From Myxococcota bacterium (GTDB lineage: Bacteria; Myxococcota_A; UBA796; CAJQPC01), in assembly GCA_036012755.1 (NCBI GenBank), contig DASCPX010000082.1:1-46588 (forward strand): 46,588 nt of DNA. The letters are read 5' to 3'. This document shows positions 9,588 to 18,851 of this stretch, piece after piece. The position numbers and the translations under genes were made by a program. The notes under the pieces were generated by a model. The model ran no database searches. It was not told where the DNA came from and saw only the letters and a program-made list of their open reading frames with translations. The stretch's first letter is position 1. Each line of letters starts with the position of its first letter.

Positions 9588-11831
9588 CTACTCGGCCAGC
9601 CTTCTCCTGCGGAGCCCCGCCAGTGAGAGGAGCAGGATCGTGACCAGCCCGGCGGGCAGTCCAGGCCGCGCCGAGCAACCGCAGCCCCCACCGCCCTTTT
9701 GCAGTCCGTCCTCGACGCCGGTCAGCCCGCTGTCGATGATGGGGTCCGAGTCCAGCTCCGAGTCCTCGGGCGGGTAGTCGTCGTCCGGGTCGTTGGGATC
9801 GGTGCCGTTGTCGACCTCTTCGCCGTCCTCGACGCCGCCGCCGTCGGTGTCCGGATCCAGCGGATCGGTCTCGTGCTCGTAGACCTCCTCGCCGTCGGTC
9901 AGGCCGTCGTCGTCTGAGTCCGGGTCGTCCGGATCGGTTCCGGTCTCGTTGTCTTCCACCCAGTCCGACAGGCCATCGTCGTCGCGATCCGAGAGATCAT
10001 CGCTGGGGTCGTTCGGGTCGGTCCCGTCGTAGAGCACCTCCTCCCCATCGCTCCGACCGCCGTCGTCGGTGTCCGCATCGAGAGGATCCGTGCCGTAGTC
10101 GTTCACCTCCTCGCCGTCACTCAGGCCGTCGTCGTCCGTGTCCTCATCGAGCGGGTCGCTGCCCAGGTCGCTCTCGTCGCCATCGGACAGCCCGTCATCG
10201 TCCGTGTCGGCGTCCGTCGGGTCCGTGCCGCCCTCGACCTCCTCGAGATCGGAGAGGCCATCGTCGTCTGTGTCGGCGTCATTCGGGTCCGTGCCGAGGA
10301 CATCCTCTTCCCCGTCGCTCAGTCCGTCGTCGTCCGAGTCAGAGTCGTTGGGATCGGTCCCGTCCGCGAGCTCGTTGCAGTCGTCGACGCCGTCTCCGTC
10401 GCTGTCCGCCACGAGCGGGTCCGTGCCGATGGTGACCTCGTCGCCATCGCTGCACCCATCGTCGTCGGTGTCCGCATCGAGGGGATCGGTCTTGTAGGTG
10501 TTGACCTCTTGACCATCCATGAGCCCGTCGTCGTCGGTGTCCTCGTCGTTCGGATCCGTGCCGAGTCGGACCTCACGGTAGTCGTTGACGTTGTCGCCGT
10601 CGGTGTCCGTGTCGTTGGGATCGGTGCCGTAGGTGAAGATCTCCTCGTAGTCGGTGAGCCCCTCGCCGTCGGTGTCCTCGTCGTTTGGATCGGTGTCGTA
10701 GGTGTTGACCTCGTCGCCGTCTGTGAGCCCGTCGTCGTCCGAGTCCTCGTCGTTGGGGTCGGTGCTGTACCGGTTGACCTCGTCTCCGTCGGAGAGTCCG
10801 TCGCCATCAGAGTCTTCATCGTTCGGGTCTGTGTCGTATGTGAGCACCTCCTCGCCGTCGTCCAGGCCGTCGTCATCGCTGTCGTCGTCGTCCGGATCAG
10901 TGCCGTAGGTGTAGACCTCGTCGTCGTCGTCAAGGCCGTCGCCGTCGCTGTCGACACCTCCGTCGTAGCCGTCGCAGTCGTCATCGACGCCGTTGTTGTC
11001 GACCTCGGTCTCCCCGGGGTTCGCGTCCGCGTCGGTGTCGTCGCAGTCGTCACCGCCGTAGCTGTCGCTGTCGTAGCCGTCGTAGTCTTGATCGTAGTCG
11101 GACAATCCATCACAGTCCTGGTCGATGCCGTCGTACCAGGTCTCCGCCTCCAGCGAGGATCTCGTGGAGTCCGCGTCGTCGCAGTCGCCGCCTCCGTATG
11201 CATCGGAGTCGTCCCCGTCCATGTCTGCGTCGTAATCGGACCATCCATCACAGTCCTGGTCGGCGCCGTCGTACCAGGTCTCCGTCGCAGACGTGTTGAT
11301 GCTGGAGTCGTCGTCGTCGCAGTCGTCCCCACCGACGAGATCGCTGTCCTCTCCGTCGTCGTCCCAGTCTCGTCCGTACTCCATGTCGACCGTGACACCC
11401 ACCCGGATCTTCTCTCCCCAGGCGTCCAGCGTGCCGTCGACCTCGACGATGAGTTCGTGTGTTCCGGCTGCGAGCACCTCGTCCGTCAAGTCGGAGGGGG
11501 TGTAGCTGTTGCTGATGTAGTAGGAGCAGCAGGCCTCTCCGGAGCCCGACTCGTCGATGGTCTCCGTCCAGATCGCGGCGCCGTCGAGATACAGCGTGGC
11601 CGTGCCGATCCAGACCTCGCAGTCCCCGTGGGCCGCGTCGACCGTGACCGTGAAGTTCGTGAAGTCGACGATCTGTGCATCCGTGAAGGTCCAGCTCGCG
11701 GTCGCCTCGGCGGTTCCGGAGTCGTCCGTGGAGCAGTTGCCGTCCGTGGTCTCGAAGATGTCGTAGCCGGAGTCCAGCGAGGTGGACGTCGTCGCCGCGA
11801 ACAGCGGCGAGGTCAGGAGCAGGACGAGCAT
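9588..11831 (-). CDS. Calcium-binding surface protein with MopE-like and bacterial TSP3 repeats and a MYXO-CTERM sorting tail, 747 aa
   Basis: GGAGG SD; three DCDD...E.WYDG.DQDCDG-type units; many D(S/T)DGDGL.DGEE...GTDP units; C-terminus GGGGCGC...hydrophobic...RRRR. Confidence 0.9.
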   Translation of the reverse strand: MLVLLLTSPLFAATTSTSLDSGYDIFETTDGNCSTDDSGTAEATASWTFTDAQIVDFTNFTVTVDAAHGDCEVWIGTATLYLDGAAIWTETIDESGSGEACCSYYISNSYTPSDLTDEVLAAGTHELIVEVDGTLDAWGEKIRVGVTVDMEYGRDWDDDGEDSDLVGGDDCDDDDSSINTSATETWYDGADQDCDGWSDYDADMDGDDSDAYGGGDCDDADSTRSSLEAETWYDGIDQDCDGLSDYDQDYDGYDSDSYGGDDCDDTDADANPGETEVDNNGVDDDCDGYDGGVDSDGDGLDDDDEVYTYGTDPDDDDSDDDGLDDGEEVLTYDTDPNDEDSDGDGLSDGDEVNRYSTDPNDEDSDDDGLTDGDEVNTYDTDPNDEDTDGEGLTDYEEIFTYGTDPNDTDTDGDNVNDYREVRLGTDPNDEDTDDDGLMDGQEVNTYKTDPLDADTDDDGCSDGDEVTIGTDPLVADSDGDGVDDCNELADGTDPNDSDSDDDGLSDGEEDVLGTDPNDADTDDDGLSDLEEVEGGTDPTDADTDDDGLSDGDESDLGSDPLDEDTDDDGLSDGEEVNDYGTDPLDADTDDGGRSDGEEVLYDGTDPNDPSDDLSDRDDDGLSDWVEDNETGTDPDDPDSDDDGLTDGEEVYEHETDPLDPDTDGGGVEDGEEVDNGTDPNDPDDDYPPEDSELDSDPIIDSGLTGVEDGLQKGGGGCGCSARPGLPAGLVTILLLSLAGLRRRRLAE

Positions 11832-11914
11832 GGAGCCTCCAGCCGCCAGGGTAGCCGTCAATGTAGAGTGCGCGCGGAGGTAGTTGGATGCTGTTGTCGC
11901 TCTCGGAGGCGCTG

Positions 11915-12994
11915 ATGTGGTGGTTGCTCGCCTGTACCCCGACACCTGGGGACAGCTCGTCGGTCACGGAGACCGGCGACAGCGCGGTCTTCGACGGCTG
12001 CCATGCCCGGCCACGCACCGGGGATTCGCACGAACTGTACGTGTCCTTCCCCTACAACGACGACGCCAGCCAGTCGGACACATGGCGACGCTTCCGCTTC
12101 GACGGGGAGCTCGTCGAGGAGGAGGAGTTCGAGCTCGGACGAGCCACCCAGGGGCGCGGCGCCTGGACGCCCGACGGAGAGTTCGTCTTCCTCGTGGACG
12201 ACACTGGTGGGGTCCACGGGCCTGCCGGGTCCACGACGGAACCCTACGTCTCCAGCGTCACGGTCGACCCAGCGGGCGAGGTGGCCTGGCTGATCGACCC
12301 GAACTGGGCGGAGAACGGGGGCGGCCTCTACCGGGCCGACATCGACTGCGACACGGGCGCCCTGGGCGAGCCGGAGCTGATCTGGGCCACCAAGAACGCC
12401 GCCGCACTCGCCCTACGCCCGGGCACGGCCAGTGAAGCTGCCCTGATCGCTCGTGAGCTGGCCGGAGTCGCCGGCGGCGTCCACCTCGTCGATCTGGAGT
12501 CGCTCGAGGTCCTCGCCCACATCGACGCATTTGGAGACGACGAGGCGATCGTGTCCGATGCGGCCTGGGACTTCGAGGGCGAGCGGCTGTTGGTGTCCGA
12601 CAACAGCGAGTTCTCGGGGGTGGCGACCAGGATCGCGGTCGTCGCCGAGTCGGGTCCGATCGAGACCCTCGAGATCGAGGACCCGGTCTCCCTCGTCACC
12701 GCGCCCTTCGCGAACTCCAGCGCGCTGGCCGTCAGCGGCTACGGTGACGCGGTCTACGAGCTGGTGCGCACGGCGGACTCCTACGCCGTGGGTGAGGAGG
12801 TCGCGTCTCCGGCTCTGCCCGGCCCGGCTGTGGTCGTCGAGCGGGGCGCGCTGACCGGCACGGTGCTGGTGGTCGAGAACACCGGCCTGTGGCAGCTCGA
12901 GTTCAGCGAGGGCGGAGGTCTAGAGGACGGAGGCCGCCTCGTGGGCTGGTCCGGTCTCGCCGGAATCCCCGGGGGGATCGCGCTCCAGCCCTGA
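11915..12994 (+). CDS. Beta-propeller (lactonase/YVTN-like) lipoprotein, 359 aa
   Basis: GGAGG SD 5 nt before MWWLLAC; AWTPDGE, VDPAGE and AWDFEGE blade motifs. Confidence 0.8.
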   Translation: MWWLLACTPTPGDSSSVTETGDSAVFDGCHARPRTGDSHELYVSFPYNDDASQSDTWRRFRFDGELVEEEEFELGRATQGRGAWTPDGEFVFLVDDTGGVHGPAGSTTEPYVSSVTVDPAGEVAWLIDPNWAENGGGLYRADIDCDTGALGEPELIWATKNAAALALRPGTASEAALIARELAGVAGGVHLVDLESLEVLAHIDAFGDDEAIVSDAAWDFEGERLLVSDNSEFSGVATRIAVVAESGPIETLEIEDPVSLVTAPFANSSALAVSGYGDAVYELVRTADSYAVGEEVASPALPGPAVVVERGALTGTVLVVENTGLWQLEFSEGGGLEDGGRLVGWSGLAGIPGGIALQP

Positions 12995-14866
12995 TCACTC
13001 GCAGGGCACGTCCGTGTACCAGTCGTCGTTGTTGGTCTCGTCGCACTCGCTGATGCTGCCGGCCCCGGTGCCGTCGTCGTCGATGACAGCCCTGATGCCT
13101 CCGCGGCCCCAGTCGCTGGCTGCGATCTCGATCTCGAAGCCGGTCAGCTCCTGGCCAGATGGAATCGCGGTGGCCAGCGTGCCGCTGGCGATGAGGGTCT
13201 CTTCGTTGTCGACGCCGTAGAGCGCCCACTCCGTGCCCGCGTCGACCTCTGCGCCGCCCTTGTTCCGGACCTGGAGCGCGATGCGAGCGAGGTCCCGGTC
13301 ACAGACGTAGCAGGTGTCCGTGATGCTGATCTCGAGGTCGCTGGTCGCCGGGTCGTCGACCGCCGGGCGGGCCCTGAAGACGTTGTACTTGGTCCAGCTC
13401 GGATCCGGGCTCGCAGGCACGGTCCCGTCGGGGTTGATGTTGGTGACTGCGAAGTCGTGAACGTGCCAGGTCGTGCCGGACTTCGGCCAGCCATCGCCGC
13501 CGTGTCCGTATGCAGTGACGCCCTGGTAGGTGCCGCCGTAGTTGTGTGAGATGAGCACCTCGGCGCTGCCGTCGTTGTCGACGTCGGCCACGGTCGGGTA
13601 CTCGAAGATCGTGCCGGATGCGTGGTTGCTGTCGCTGAAGTGCAGCGTGCCGGTGGCGCCGTCCCAGATGTAGAACGTGCCCTGGTCGGCGTAGAGCACC
13701 TCGAGCGCTCCGTCGCCGTCGAAGTCGTAGCCGGAGCATCCTGCGAGGCCCGAGCTGTCGTCGATGGAGTGGGTCCAGACGACTGTGCCGTCGAGCTCGT
13801 ACATGTTGAAGGTGCTCGAGCTGGGCCAGGCCATCTCGGCCTCGCCGTCCCCGTCGAAGTCGCCCATGCAGGGCGGCCCGGGCTGGTTCGTACCGGCGCT
13901 GACGTTGACCAGCTCGGTGCCGTCGTGCTCGTAGATGGCGAGCTTGCCCCCGCCGACCATCGCGACCTCTGCTTCGGGATCGCTGTCGTACTGCAGGACC
14001 ACGGGCCAGTGGCCGTAGGAGCCCTGCACCGACGAGGTCCAGATGTTGTTGCCGTTGTGGTCGTAGACCTTGTTCTGGAAGATGACTTCCTTGTCTCCGT
14101 CCTGGTCGAGGTCCGCGGCGATCGAGCCGTGGTAGGGGATGCTCCCGCTCGTAGACACCGAGAACTCCAGGCTGCCGTCTTCGCCGTTGAGCACGTACGA
14201 CTCGGTGAGGATCTCGGGCAGCCCGTCCTCGTCGAGGTCCGAGACGGTCATCAGCGAGTGGGTGACGCTGGAGGTCTGGCTGGAGGTCCAGATCGTGTTG
14301 CCGTTGTAGTCCAGGGCTCGGACGTTGCCGCTGGTGGTGAAGGCGACGATGTCGGAGATGCCGTCGCTGTCGACGTCTGCGAGGGTCCCGACCGCGTAGC
14401 CCTTGTAGCCGCTGGCCGACCAGTGTTCCGCCCCTGTGGCTCCGTCCAGAACGTAGAGCACGTTGCTGGTCGTGATGATCACCACGTCGGGCACGTCGTC
14501 CTCGTCGATGTCCCCGTCGCCGTTGTCGTCCGTGAGGTTGCCGATGAGCGGCAGGTGGTAGCTGCTGTCCCCGGTCCACTGCCACTCGATGGCGACGTCC
14601 CAGGGGTCGGTCACGTTGGGGGGCTCGGTCCCGGTGCACTCTTCGATGACCTCGACCTCCTCTGGGCTCTCGAGGTCGACCGTGCAGTCTTCGAGCGCCG
14701 TGTCGGGCTCGCTGTCGATGGGCTCGCTCTCCAGCGGGTCCGAGTCGTAGCAGTCGGGGATCTGCTCAGGGCAGGGCGGTCTGCTCGAGTCGCCTGGCGT
14801 GACGACCTCTCCCGGCTTCGAAAAGGTGTTCTCGACGCAGCCGACCAACAACATGACAAGGGTCAT
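12995..14866 (-). CDS. FG-GAP/VCBS-repeat lipoprotein with a C-terminal CARDB-like domain, 623 aa
   Basis: MTLVMLLVGC; repeated DxDxDGxxE/D Ca loops; EYPTVADVDNDGSAE; terminal ECDETNN. Confidence 0.88.
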   Translation of the reverse strand: MTLVMLLVGCVENTFSKPGEVVTPGDSSRPPCPEQIPDCYDSDPLESEPIDSEPDTALEDCTVDLESPEEVEVIEECTGTEPPNVTDPWDVAIEWQWTGDSSYHLPLIGNLTDDNGDGDIDEDDVPDVVIITTSNVLYVLDGATGAEHWSASGYKGYAVGTLADVDSDGISDIVAFTTSGNVRALDYNGNTIWTSSQTSSVTHSLMTVSDLDEDGLPEILTESYVLNGEDGSLEFSVSTSGSIPYHGSIAADLDQDGDKEVIFQNKVYDHNGNNIWTSSVQGSYGHWPVVLQYDSDPEAEVAMVGGGKLAIYEHDGTELVNVSAGTNQPGPPCMGDFDGDGEAEMAWPSSSTFNMYELDGTVVWTHSIDDSSGLAGCSGYDFDGDGALEVLYADQGTFYIWDGATGTLHFSDSNHASGTIFEYPTVADVDNDGSAEVLISHNYGGTYQGVTAYGHGGDGWPKSGTTWHVHDFAVTNINPDGTVPASPDPSWTKYNVFRARPAVDDPATSDLEISITDTCYVCDRDLARIALQVRNKGGAEVDAGTEWALYGVDNEETLIASGTLATAIPSGQELTGFEIEIAASDWGRGGIRAVIDDDGTGAGSISECDETNNDDWYTDVPCE

Positions 14867-14897
14867 CTTCGTGCTCTCCCGCAGGCAACCTACACCC

Positions 14898-15029
14898 TCA
14901 GCGCGGCGACCGCCGGGGGTTCCTACGGCAGCTCAGCAGCCGCAGAGCTCCGATGTCGATGACCTCGACATCCGGAGGCACCCAGAATGTGTCGAGCCAG
15001 CTCTGCTCCATGCGCCCGGAGAAGCTCAT
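14898..15029 (-). pseudogene. 43-codon ORF, probably the truncated N-terminus of a larger gene
   Basis: MSFSGRMEQSWLDTFWVPPDVEVIDIGALRLLSC... with good coding bias, then degenerates; TACCAT 8 nt upstream. Confidence 0.35.
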
Positions 15030-15070
15030 GGCCGCGGATGGTAGCGTCCGGCCCTGAAACTGGAGCATGG

Positions 15071-15307
15071 ATGCCCTTCGACTGGATGCACGCAGGCGGC
15101 AGCCCCCGCGCGGGAAGCGGAACCCGCAAGGCCATCTACGAGCAGGAGGTGCGCGAGCGCGCCGCCATGCTCCGCCGCCTCGGCCATGGCAAGACCTACG
15201 CTCAGCGGCGCTGCGCCGGGAACCTCGACGAGGAGTTCGCGAGCTTCTCCTCGTCCCCGCTGTTGAAGAAGGAAGTCGCCGCCATCATAAGCGAGGTCTT
15301 CGAGTAG
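15071..15307 (+). CDS. Small basic hypothetical protein, 78 aa
   Basis: GGAG SD; extended -10-like TGgTAGCGT near 15039-15047; helical YEQEVRERAAMLRRLG. Confidence 0.75.
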   Translation: MPFDWMHAGGSPRAGSGTRKAIYEQEVRERAAMLRRLGHGKTYAQRRCAGNLDEEFASFSSSPLLKKEVAAIISEVFE

Positions 15308-15417
15308 TCACCGGGCGTCGCATCGGTGGCGAGTGACTGACACCTCCCTGTCGGAGGCGTCTGCAGGTCTCTGCTCTGTCCCCGTACAAGTGACTGAAAT
15401 GCCGAAGGAGTCCAGGT

Positions 15418-15433
15418 TGGCACCGGGCTTGCG
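15418..15433 (+). promoter_or_regulatory. Putative sigma54 promoter of the fibre gene
   Basis: TGGCACcgggcTTGCg matches TGGCAC-N5-TTGC. Confidence 0.7.
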
Positions 15434-15469
15434 ATGTGTCGACGCGCACATCCAACCCGGAGATTCACC

Positions 15470-17311
15470 GTGCAGACCCTCAGCTACCACAAGATCCCCC
15501 TGACCCTCGCCATCGTCGCTGGCCTCACCGGCTGCAAGGAAGAGGCGGGCTCCCACAACAACACCAGCGATGCCGAGATCGCCGAGCTCCAGGCGCAGGT
15601 CGCCGAGCTCCAGGAGCAGCTCGCTGCGACCCAGTCCCAGGTCGACTCCAACACCAGCGGCGTCTCCGACCTCGACGAGGCCTTCGGGAACATCGACGAC
15701 ATCGATCCGGAGATCCTCGATGACCTCGCCGGCACCGTCGCCGAGCACGAAGAGCGCATCCGCATCATCGAAGACAGCCCCTACGCGACCGAGCCCTGGA
15801 TCGAGGCCCAGGGCTTCGTCGTCAGCGATGACCTCACGGGCTTCGCCAGCGAGAGCTGGGTGAGTTCCCAGGGCTACGCCAGCGAGAGCTGGGTGAGCGC
15901 CCAGGCATTCGCTGCCGCCAGCGATCTGTCCGGCCTCGCGAGTGAGAGCTGGGTGAGCTCGAACTACGCCGCCGCCAGCGACTTCAGCGCGCTGCAGTCG
16001 GATGTCTCGACGCTCCAGAGCGATCTGGACACCGCGGAGGGCTCCCTCGCGTCCGCCGAGTCGGACATCTCGACGCTCCAGGGCGACCTCGACACCGCCA
16101 AGTCGGATGTCTCGACGCTCCAGAGCGATCTCGACACCGCCGAGAGCAGCATCGCGTCCGCCGAGTCGGACATCTCCACGCTCCAGGGCGATCTGGACAC
16201 CGCCGAGGACTCCCTCGCCTCTGCCGAGTCGGACATCTCGACGCTCCAGGGCGACCTGGACACCGCCGAGGACTCCCTCGCCTCTGCCGAGTCGGACATC
16301 TCGACGCTTCAGGGCGACCTGGACACCGCGGAGGATGCGATCGACGAGAACGTGGACGGCATCAGCCAGCTCGAGTCGGACATGACAGCGGTCGAGAGCG
16401 ACGTCTCTGTCAACGCCGGCAAGATCTCGGCCAACGAGTCGGACATTTCGACGTGTGCCTCGGACGTCTCGGCCAATGCGACAGATATTTCAGGCAATGC
16501 AGGCGATATTTCGGCCAACGTTGTCGATATCTCGAGCAACGCCTCGGACATCTCGAGCAACGCTTCAGGCATCTCGACCAACGCCTCCGACATCGACGCC
16601 AACGAGACCGGTCTGGCCGACCTCGAGTCGGACTTCAGCGACCTCGAGAGCGACGTCGACGGCGTGGCTGACCTGATGGAGTACGTCGAGGTCGACACCA
16701 GCGTCGACAGCGTGAGCTTCGTGGGCGCCAACGTCTTCGTCCAGGACGGGACTGGCGACACGGATGGTGCGACCAACGGGCTCGGCAACCTCGTGGTCGG
16801 CTACGACGAGGACCACTCCAGCGCCACCACCTACAAGGACGGGAGCCACAACCTCGTGCTGGGTTTGGGCAACGACTACACCAGCTTCGGTGGCTTCGTC
16901 GGTGGCTTCGAGAACGTGATCGACGATGAGTACGCGGTGGTCATCACCGGGTCCGACAACGTCGCAGAGGGCAAGTACTCGGCGGTCGTGACCGGCAAGT
17001 CCAACGACGCCCAGACGACCAATGCGGTCGTGGTCGGCGGCTGGTCGAACGAGGCCAGCGGCTTCTACGGTGTTGTCCTCGGCGGAGCCTCGAACGTCGC
17101 GGATGGTGGGTACTCCATCGTCGCAGGCGGAGCCAGCAACGAGGCGTCTTCCAACTACTCCGCTGTGCTCGCCGGCTACCAGAACGACGCCTACAAGAAC
17201 ACCCACGCGACGGTCGTCGGTGGCTGGGCCAACGAGGCAACGGGTCGGTACGCCACGAACAACGGTGGGGGCAGCACCAGCGTCAGCTCCGCGAGTGGAA
17301 CCTCCTACTGA
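15470..17311 (+). CDS. Lipid-anchored coiled-coil fibre or adhesin-like protein with a Gly/Asn-rich beta-repeat head, 613 aa
   Basis: GGAG SD and GTG; LTGC lipobox; (Y/F)ASESWV repeats; long heptad stalk; C-terminal GLGNLVVGYDE..GSHNLV and 15-residue VVGG..N.A.G repeats. Confidence 0.85.
   Translation: MQTLSYHKIPLTLAIVAGLTGCKEEAGSHNNTSDAEIAELQAQVAELQEQLAATQSQVDSNTSGVSDLDEAFGNIDDIDPEILDDLAGTVAEHEERIRIIEDSPYATEPWIEAQGFVVSDDLTGFASESWVSSQGYASESWVSAQAFAAASDLSGLASESWVSSNYAAASDFSALQSDVSTLQSDLDTAEGSLASAESDISTLQGDLDTAKSDVSTLQSDLDTAESSIASAESDISTLQGDLDTAEDSLASAESDISTLQGDLDTAEDSLASAESDISTLQGDLDTAEDAIDENVDGISQLESDMTAVESDVSVNAGKISANESDISTCASDVSANATDISGNAGDISANVVDISSNASDISSNASGISTNASDIDANETGLADLESDFSDLESDVDGVADLMEYVEVDTSVDSVSFVGANVFVQDGTGDTDGATNGLGNLVVGYDEDHSSATTYKDGSHNLVLGLGNDYTSFGGFVGGFENVIDDEYAVVITGSDNVAEGKYSAVVTGKSNDAQTTNAVVVGGWSNEASGFYGVVLGGASNVADGGYSIVAGGASNEASSNYSAVLAGYQNDAYKNTHATVVGGWANEATGRYATNNGGGSTSVSSASGTSY
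15996..16335 (+). repeat. Near-identical 63-bp (21-aa, three-heptad) tandem repeats in the fibre stalk
   Basis: SDISTLQGDLDTAEDSLASAE repeated about 5 times, one unit shortened to 14 aa; boundaries approximate. Confidence 0.9.
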
Positions 17312-17327
17312 CGCACCGGGGCGTCAG

Positions 17328-17359
17328 GCGCCGTCGGTCCCTTCGGGGGCCGGCGGCGC
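17328..17359 (+). terminator. 14-bp GC hairpin with a cUUCGg loop after the fibre gene
   Basis: gcgccgtcggtccc-ttcg-ggggccggcggcgc (2 G:U pairs); no strong U-tract. Confidence 0.7.
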
Positions 17360-17393
17360 ATCTGCTCTGCCCGAGCCGATGTAGCATCCGCCG

Positions 17394-18851
17394 GTGCTGC
17401 TACTGCTCCTGGCCTGTTCCGATCCCGAGCCGACCGACCCCGCTGTCATGGGGGCTCCGCCGCCTCCGGGTCAGCCTGGTCCCCTCGGTGGACCGCCGGG
17501 TGGACCGCCCGGACCCCCGCCCGGACCAGGCGCGGCCGAGCCCTTTCACGCCACACCGACCTTCGAGCTGAACGAGGTCCGAGGGGTGAAGAGCAACATC
17601 CTCATCGTCAGCCTCGACACGGTCCGCGCCGACCGGCTCGGGATCTACGGTGGGCGGGCGGAGACTCCCAACCTCGAGGCGCTCGGCGGGCGGGTCTACG
17701 AGCAGGCGATGACCCACTTTCCGGAGACCTGCCTGTCCCACTGGGCCATGTTCAGCGGCGTCGCGCCCGAGCTGCACGGGAACGCTCCGGGCAACCGGGG
17801 CTCCCTGTGGACGGGCCCGACGGTGGCAGAGATCGCCCAGAAGGAGGGCTACACCACCAAGGCCGTCATCGGCGGCGTCACGCTCACCGACGCCAGCTGC
17901 GGCTTCGCCCGGGGCTTCGATGACTTCGACGACGACTTCGAGCTCGACCGCGCCGACATGCGTCGGCCTGGCAAACAGGTCACCGAGGCAGCGCTGGCCT
18001 GGCTCGACGAGCGACAGGAGGGGGAGCGCTGGATGCTCTTCGTCCACTACTTCGACGCCCACTTCCCCTACACGCCGCCGGCTCCCTGGGACAGCAAGTA
18101 CGACCCGGACTACGACGGCGGCCTCGGCGGGACCGACGCCGACCTGGACCCCTTCCGCAGCGGTGAACGAGAGCCGGCCAGGCGCGACCTCGAGCACGTC
18201 CTGGCGCTCTACGACGGGGAGCTCTCCGAGCTCGACGCGATCATCGCGCCCCTGCTCTCCGGCGTGCCAGAGGACACCGTCGTCGTCGTGACGTCGGACC
18301 ACGGCGAGTCCTTCGAGCATGGCTACTGGTTCAACCACCGAGACGGGCTGTGGGACAGCGTGCTGCGAGTGCCCCTCGTCATCAGGGCGCCGGGCCTCGG
18401 CGAGGAGCGCTTCGAGGAACAGGTAGGCCTGGTCGACGTGGCCCCGACCGTGCTCTCCCTGGCGGGCCTGCCGACCGACGCTCGCATGCAGGGGGCGGAC
18501 ACCTCCAGAGCCCCGTCGCGACCCTGCCACTACGCGCGCACCGATCCCTGGCGGCCTGGGGACAAGCAGTTCGCCTGGCGCACGAACGAGTGGAAGGTCA
18601 TCGATCAGGGCGTGGACGTGCTCGCCTATGACCTCGTCGGTGATGCGGCGGAGGAGACGGCCGTCACCGCCCCGGCCGGGCCCTGCTCCCAGGAAGACTA
18701 CGAGGCCTGGATCGACCCCTTGCGGGAGCACCAGACCACGGCGCCGCCGCCCCCGGGGATGTCTCCCGAGGAGTGCCGGCGGCTGGAGAAGCTCGGCTAC
18801 CTCGAGCCCGGGACCTGCGGGGCCTCCCGGGGCAACGGGACTTCCCAGTAG
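17394..18851 (+). CDS. Sulfatase-like hydrolase/transferase lipoprotein (alkaline phosphatase superfamily), 485 aa
   Basis: MLLLLLAC, Pro-rich linker, VSLDTVRAD, HYFDAHFPY, TSDHGE, RVPL, LVDVAPT, terminal RLEKLGYL. Confidence 0.9.
   Translation: MLLLLLACSDPEPTDPAVMGAPPPPGQPGPLGGPPGGPPGPPPGPGAAEPFHATPTFELNEVRGVKSNILIVSLDTVRADRLGIYGGRAETPNLEALGGRVYEQAMTHFPETCLSHWAMFSGVAPELHGNAPGNRGSLWTGPTVAEIAQKEGYTTKAVIGGVTLTDASCGFARGFDDFDDDFELDRADMRRPGKQVTEAALAWLDERQEGERWMLFVHYFDAHFPYTPPAPWDSKYDPDYDGGLGGTDADLDPFRSGEREPARRDLEHVLALYDGELSELDAIIAPLLSGVPEDTVVVVTSDHGESFEHGYWFNHRDGLWDSVLRVPLVIRAPGLGEERFEEQVGLVDVAPTVLSLAGLPTDARMQGADTSRAPSRPCHYARTDPWRPGDKQFAWRTNEWKVIDQGVDVLAYDLVGDAAEETAVTAPAGPCSQEDYEAWIDPLREHQTTAPPPPGMSPEECRRLEKLGYLEPGTCGASRGNGTSQ

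Noticed and set aside
9780..11340. CRISPR-like periodicity
   Set aside because: The units are degenerate at wobble positions and encode TSP3/MopE protein repeats.
15470..17311. Prophage region
   Set aside because: No integrase, terminase, capsid or other tail genes nearby; the gene has a lipobox and host-type promoter.
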